A stretch of 64,000 nucleotides of DNA from an uncultured archaeon (GTDB taxonomy: Archaea > Thermoproteota > Bathyarchaeia > Bathyarchaeales > Bathycorpusculaceae), in assembly GCA_963782915.1 (NCBI GenBank), contig CAWALK010000001.1:96001-160000 (forward strand), written 5' to 3'. This document shows positions 61,611 to 64,000 of this stretch, piece by piece. The translations under genes and the position numbers were made by a program. The notes beneath the pieces were generated by a model. It was not told the origin of the DNA and made no database searches. It was given only the letters and a program-made list of their open reading frames with translations. The number at the start of each line of letters is the position of its first letter. Position 1 is the first letter of the stretch.

Positions 61611-62633
61611 ATGACTGTTCACTTATTACCATGGGATACCAGCCGCAATTTACTCGCGGAAGCAAACGATCTCTATGACAAGGCAGGCACATTCAAGGGC
61701 ATAGAGAAGGGCGATTTAGTGGCCATCAAACTTCATGTTGGCGAACTTGGCAACCCCTATTATGTACAGCCATTCTTCGTGCATGAAATCGTACGCAGAG
61801 TCAAAGAACTCGGCGCCAAACCTTTCCTAACGGATTCCAACACATACTATATGGCGCAGCGCCACAACGCCTACGACCACATGAACAACGCATTAATGAA
61901 CGGATTTAACATGGCTCCCTTCATCGTCGCAGACGGTTTAAAAAGCGAAAATTTTGCTCTTATAAAAACGAAGGGTATTTTTAGCGAAATTGAGGTTTCA
62001 GGTGTCATCGCCCAAGCTGACGCCATGATAGTCGTTTCCCATTGCAAAGGACATGAAATAAGCGGTTTCGGCGGCGCCATTAAAAACCTGGGCATGGGCT
62101 GCACACCCCACGCTGGAAAACTACGCCAGCACAGAACCGTCGGCTTAGAAATAGACACCAGCAAATGCAATGGGTGTGGCAAATGCAAAGAAGCCTGCGC
62201 ATTACATATCCCCGACATAATCGAGGGCAAAGCACATAACCGCTCAGAAAAATGCATGCGATGCCCCGTATGTATTGAGAATTGCCCAATGGATGCCATC
62301 CGCTTCACTGATAAACAAAACATGTGCAAAGCTCTTGCCTCAGCCGCTTACGGTGTACTTTCGACCTTTAAACCCGAAAAAGTTTCGTATGTTAATTTTG
62401 CAAAAGATATTTCGGCTTACTGTGACTGTTTGCCTTCACCAGGCGATATAATTCTAAAAGACGTGGGCATTTTTGCTTCACCTTCAGCTGTGTCAATTGA
62501 CGCTGCTTTTCTCCACTCAGTTGATTATCGGGTGCTTAATGAGGCATCTGAGGTTGATTGTATGGTGCAGGTGCAGGAAGCAAAAGCATTAGGCATAGCT
62601 GGCGAACTTAAGCCCAAAATTGAGTTACTTTAA
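61611..62633 (+). CDS. DUF362-domain Fe-S protein with 2[4Fe-4S] ferredoxin insert
   Basis: AIKLHVGE, PFLTDSNT, SHCKGH..GFGGAIKNLGMG, CNGCGKC...CMRCPVC...CP, YCDC. Confidence 0.9.
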   Translation: MTVHLLPWDTSRNLLAEANDLYDKAGTFKGIEKGDLVAIKLHVGELGNPYYVQPFFVHEIVRRVKELGAKPFLTDSNTYYMAQRHNAYDHMNNALMNGFNMAPFIVADGLKSENFALIKTKGIFSEIEVSGVIAQADAMIVVSHCKGHEISGFGGAIKNLGMGCTPHAGKLRQHRTVGLEIDTSKCNGCGKCKEACALHIPDIIEGKAHNRSEKCMRCPVCIENCPMDAIRFTDKQNMCKALASAAYGVLSTFKPEKVSYVNFAKDISAYCDCLPSPGDIILKDVGIFASPSAVSIDAAFLHSVDYRVLNEASEVDCMVQVQEAKALGIAGELKPKIELL

Positions 62634-63388
62634 GCAACATATTCCATGTTTGCTTGCTGAACTCTCTTTCTAATTCTTCTTCGTCTAACCAAGTACAATA
62701 CGAATAACACCACTACCACCACTGCAACGGCTATGACGATGTAATGAGAGAAACCTGCAACCTCATCCCATTTTGAGCCCAAATAGTATCCGACGAAGAT
62801 AAGAAGGCTATTCCAAAGAAGGCATCCCGCTACGGTATAACCAAGGAACTTTGCTATCGGCATTCGAACTGCACCAGCGGGAAAAGAAATAAGTGTCCTA
62901 ACCGCAGGAATTAATCGCCCTACAAACACCATAGCGGAGCCATATTTAGCGAAATAGTTTGCAGCGACTTTTAGTTGGCTCTCAGAAAATATCGACCTAC
63001 CTAACAGTCGATATTTTGTGAGGACTTCAACACCTTTTAACCCTATAAAATAATCAACCAATGATCCTGCCACAGCGGCGATTGTTGCAACAGCGAGCGT
63101 GATCCAAAAGTCAAGATGTCCTAAGGAGACGAGATAGCCTGCGAAGGGTAGAATGATTTCGCTGGGTATAGGCAGTGAACTTGCTTCAAGGATCATTAAA
63201 CCAAAGACGCCGCCGTATCCCCATGAACTCACGGTGCGGGTAAAGGAAAAGTTGCTAGGTACACCTTTTACAAATATATCAGCCAAAATCTCAACCAAAA
63301 CGTAAACAATTAAGGCGAGGGCTATGGCTATGATGATTAGTTGTGGCGCTTTCTTTTTTAAAGTAGCGAAATTCATTTGCCAGCCCAA
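62630..63388 (-). CDS. DedA family membrane protein
   Basis: LEASSLPIPSEIILPFAG, GRLIPAVRTLISFPAG. Confidence 0.92.
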   Translation of the reverse strand: MGWQMNFATLKKKAPQLIIIAIALALIVYVLVEILADIFVKGVPSNFSFTRTVSSWGYGGVFGLMILEASSLPIPSEIILPFAGYLVSLGHLDFWITLAVATIAAVAGSLVDYFIGLKGVEVLTKYRLLGRSIFSESQLKVAANYFAKYGSAMVFVGRLIPAVRTLISFPAGAVRMPIAKFLGYTVAGCLLWNSLLIFVGYYLGSKWDEVAGFSHYIVIAVAVVVVVLFVLYLVRRRRIRKRVQQANMEYVA

Positions 63389-63508
63389 GGTACCGCTCTA
63401 ATTAGTGATGCACCCAGATTTAACTTCGACTATACTCTACGGGGAATCCCAAATATGCTTTTTATAGAAGCCGCATCTAAACATAACCTTGCGTAAGGAG
63501 CGGTTTTA

Positions 63509-64000
63509 ATGGAGATAGTTGAGGGTATCTATCGGGTGGATGAAGCCAGCAGCAACCTTGCCCACAGCAACGTTTACCTCGTAGTAAACGGGAACGAATT
63601 GCTTGTAGTGGATACTGGCACAGCGGGCAACGCCAAAAAAATTGTTGCCTTCATCGAAAAAACTGGGCACCAACCACATGACGTTTCAACCATTATCCTC
63701 ACACATTACCATATGGACCATGCCGGCAGCGCAAAAGACCTAAAAGCGCTCACAGGCGCCAAAGTCGCCGCCAGCACAGAAGACGCCCAAGTAATCGCCG
63801 GTAAAAAGCCCTATCCTAAACCAAACAACCTGCTTATGCGTGCCACCTCCATCATCAAACCCTCGCCAGTAGACGTTGAGATATTGCTCAAAGAGGGCGA
63901 CACAATCGGCAACCTCACAGTGATTTCTACTCCGGGTCATACGGCTGGAAGCATCATGCTGCTCGACAAGCAAAAGGGGGTTCTCTTTGCAGGTGATACT
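63509..64000 (+). CDS. MBL-fold metallo-hydrolase, truncated by window end
   Basis: Manual translation MEIVEGIYRV...VVDTG...ILTHYHMDHAGS...TPGHTAGS...LFAGDT. Confidence 0.9.
   Translation, partial: MEIVEGIYRVDEASSNLAHSNVYLVVNGNELLVVDTGTAGNAKKIVAFIEKTGHQPHDVSTIILTHYHMDHAGSAKDLKALTGAKVAASTEDAQVIAGKKPYPKPNNLLMRATSIIKPSPVDVEILLKEGDTIGNLTVISTPGHTAGSIMLLDKQKGVLFAGDT

Overview
This is archaeal chromosomal DNA. The gene set (rps30e, short rpl13e, rpl15e, Rpp30/Pop5, GatDE, Elp3, Nop5/fibrillarin, Rio2, archaeal LeuRS) points to a TACK archaeon, most likely Bathyarchaeia (inference). Many genes, including essential ones, are broken by single-base insertions that look like long-read assembly errors. 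Main discovery (about 12.5-16.1 kb, AT-rich core): a polyprenyl-synthase-fold enzyme keeps the FARM (DDVLD) but has lost the IPP-binding and SARM motifs, as in ComQ-type enzymes. It is flanked on both sides by unannotated tiny peptide genes ending in the same SVGWY-stop: MNRKIIKARAPASVGWY, and MKTNHKIIRSVGWY after removal of one extra base. Each has a Shine-Dalgarno motif. Neighbours are a secreted S1 protease, an MFS transporter and a SPASM-type radical SAM enzyme. Together they form a candidate archaeal Trp-prenylated peptide (ComQX-like RiPP/pheromone) system. Other highlights: a wHTH-ATP-cone-NrdD-fold pseudo-enzyme lacking the glycyl-radical loop; a promoter-driven structured ncRNA candidate of about 240-295 nt; an orphan eCIS tube plus DUF4255 pair; a Gly/Arg-rich GAR-like tail on Nop5 abutting fibrillarin; and two families of dispersed intergenic repeats. 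No tRNA, rRNA, CRISPR array or transposase was seen.
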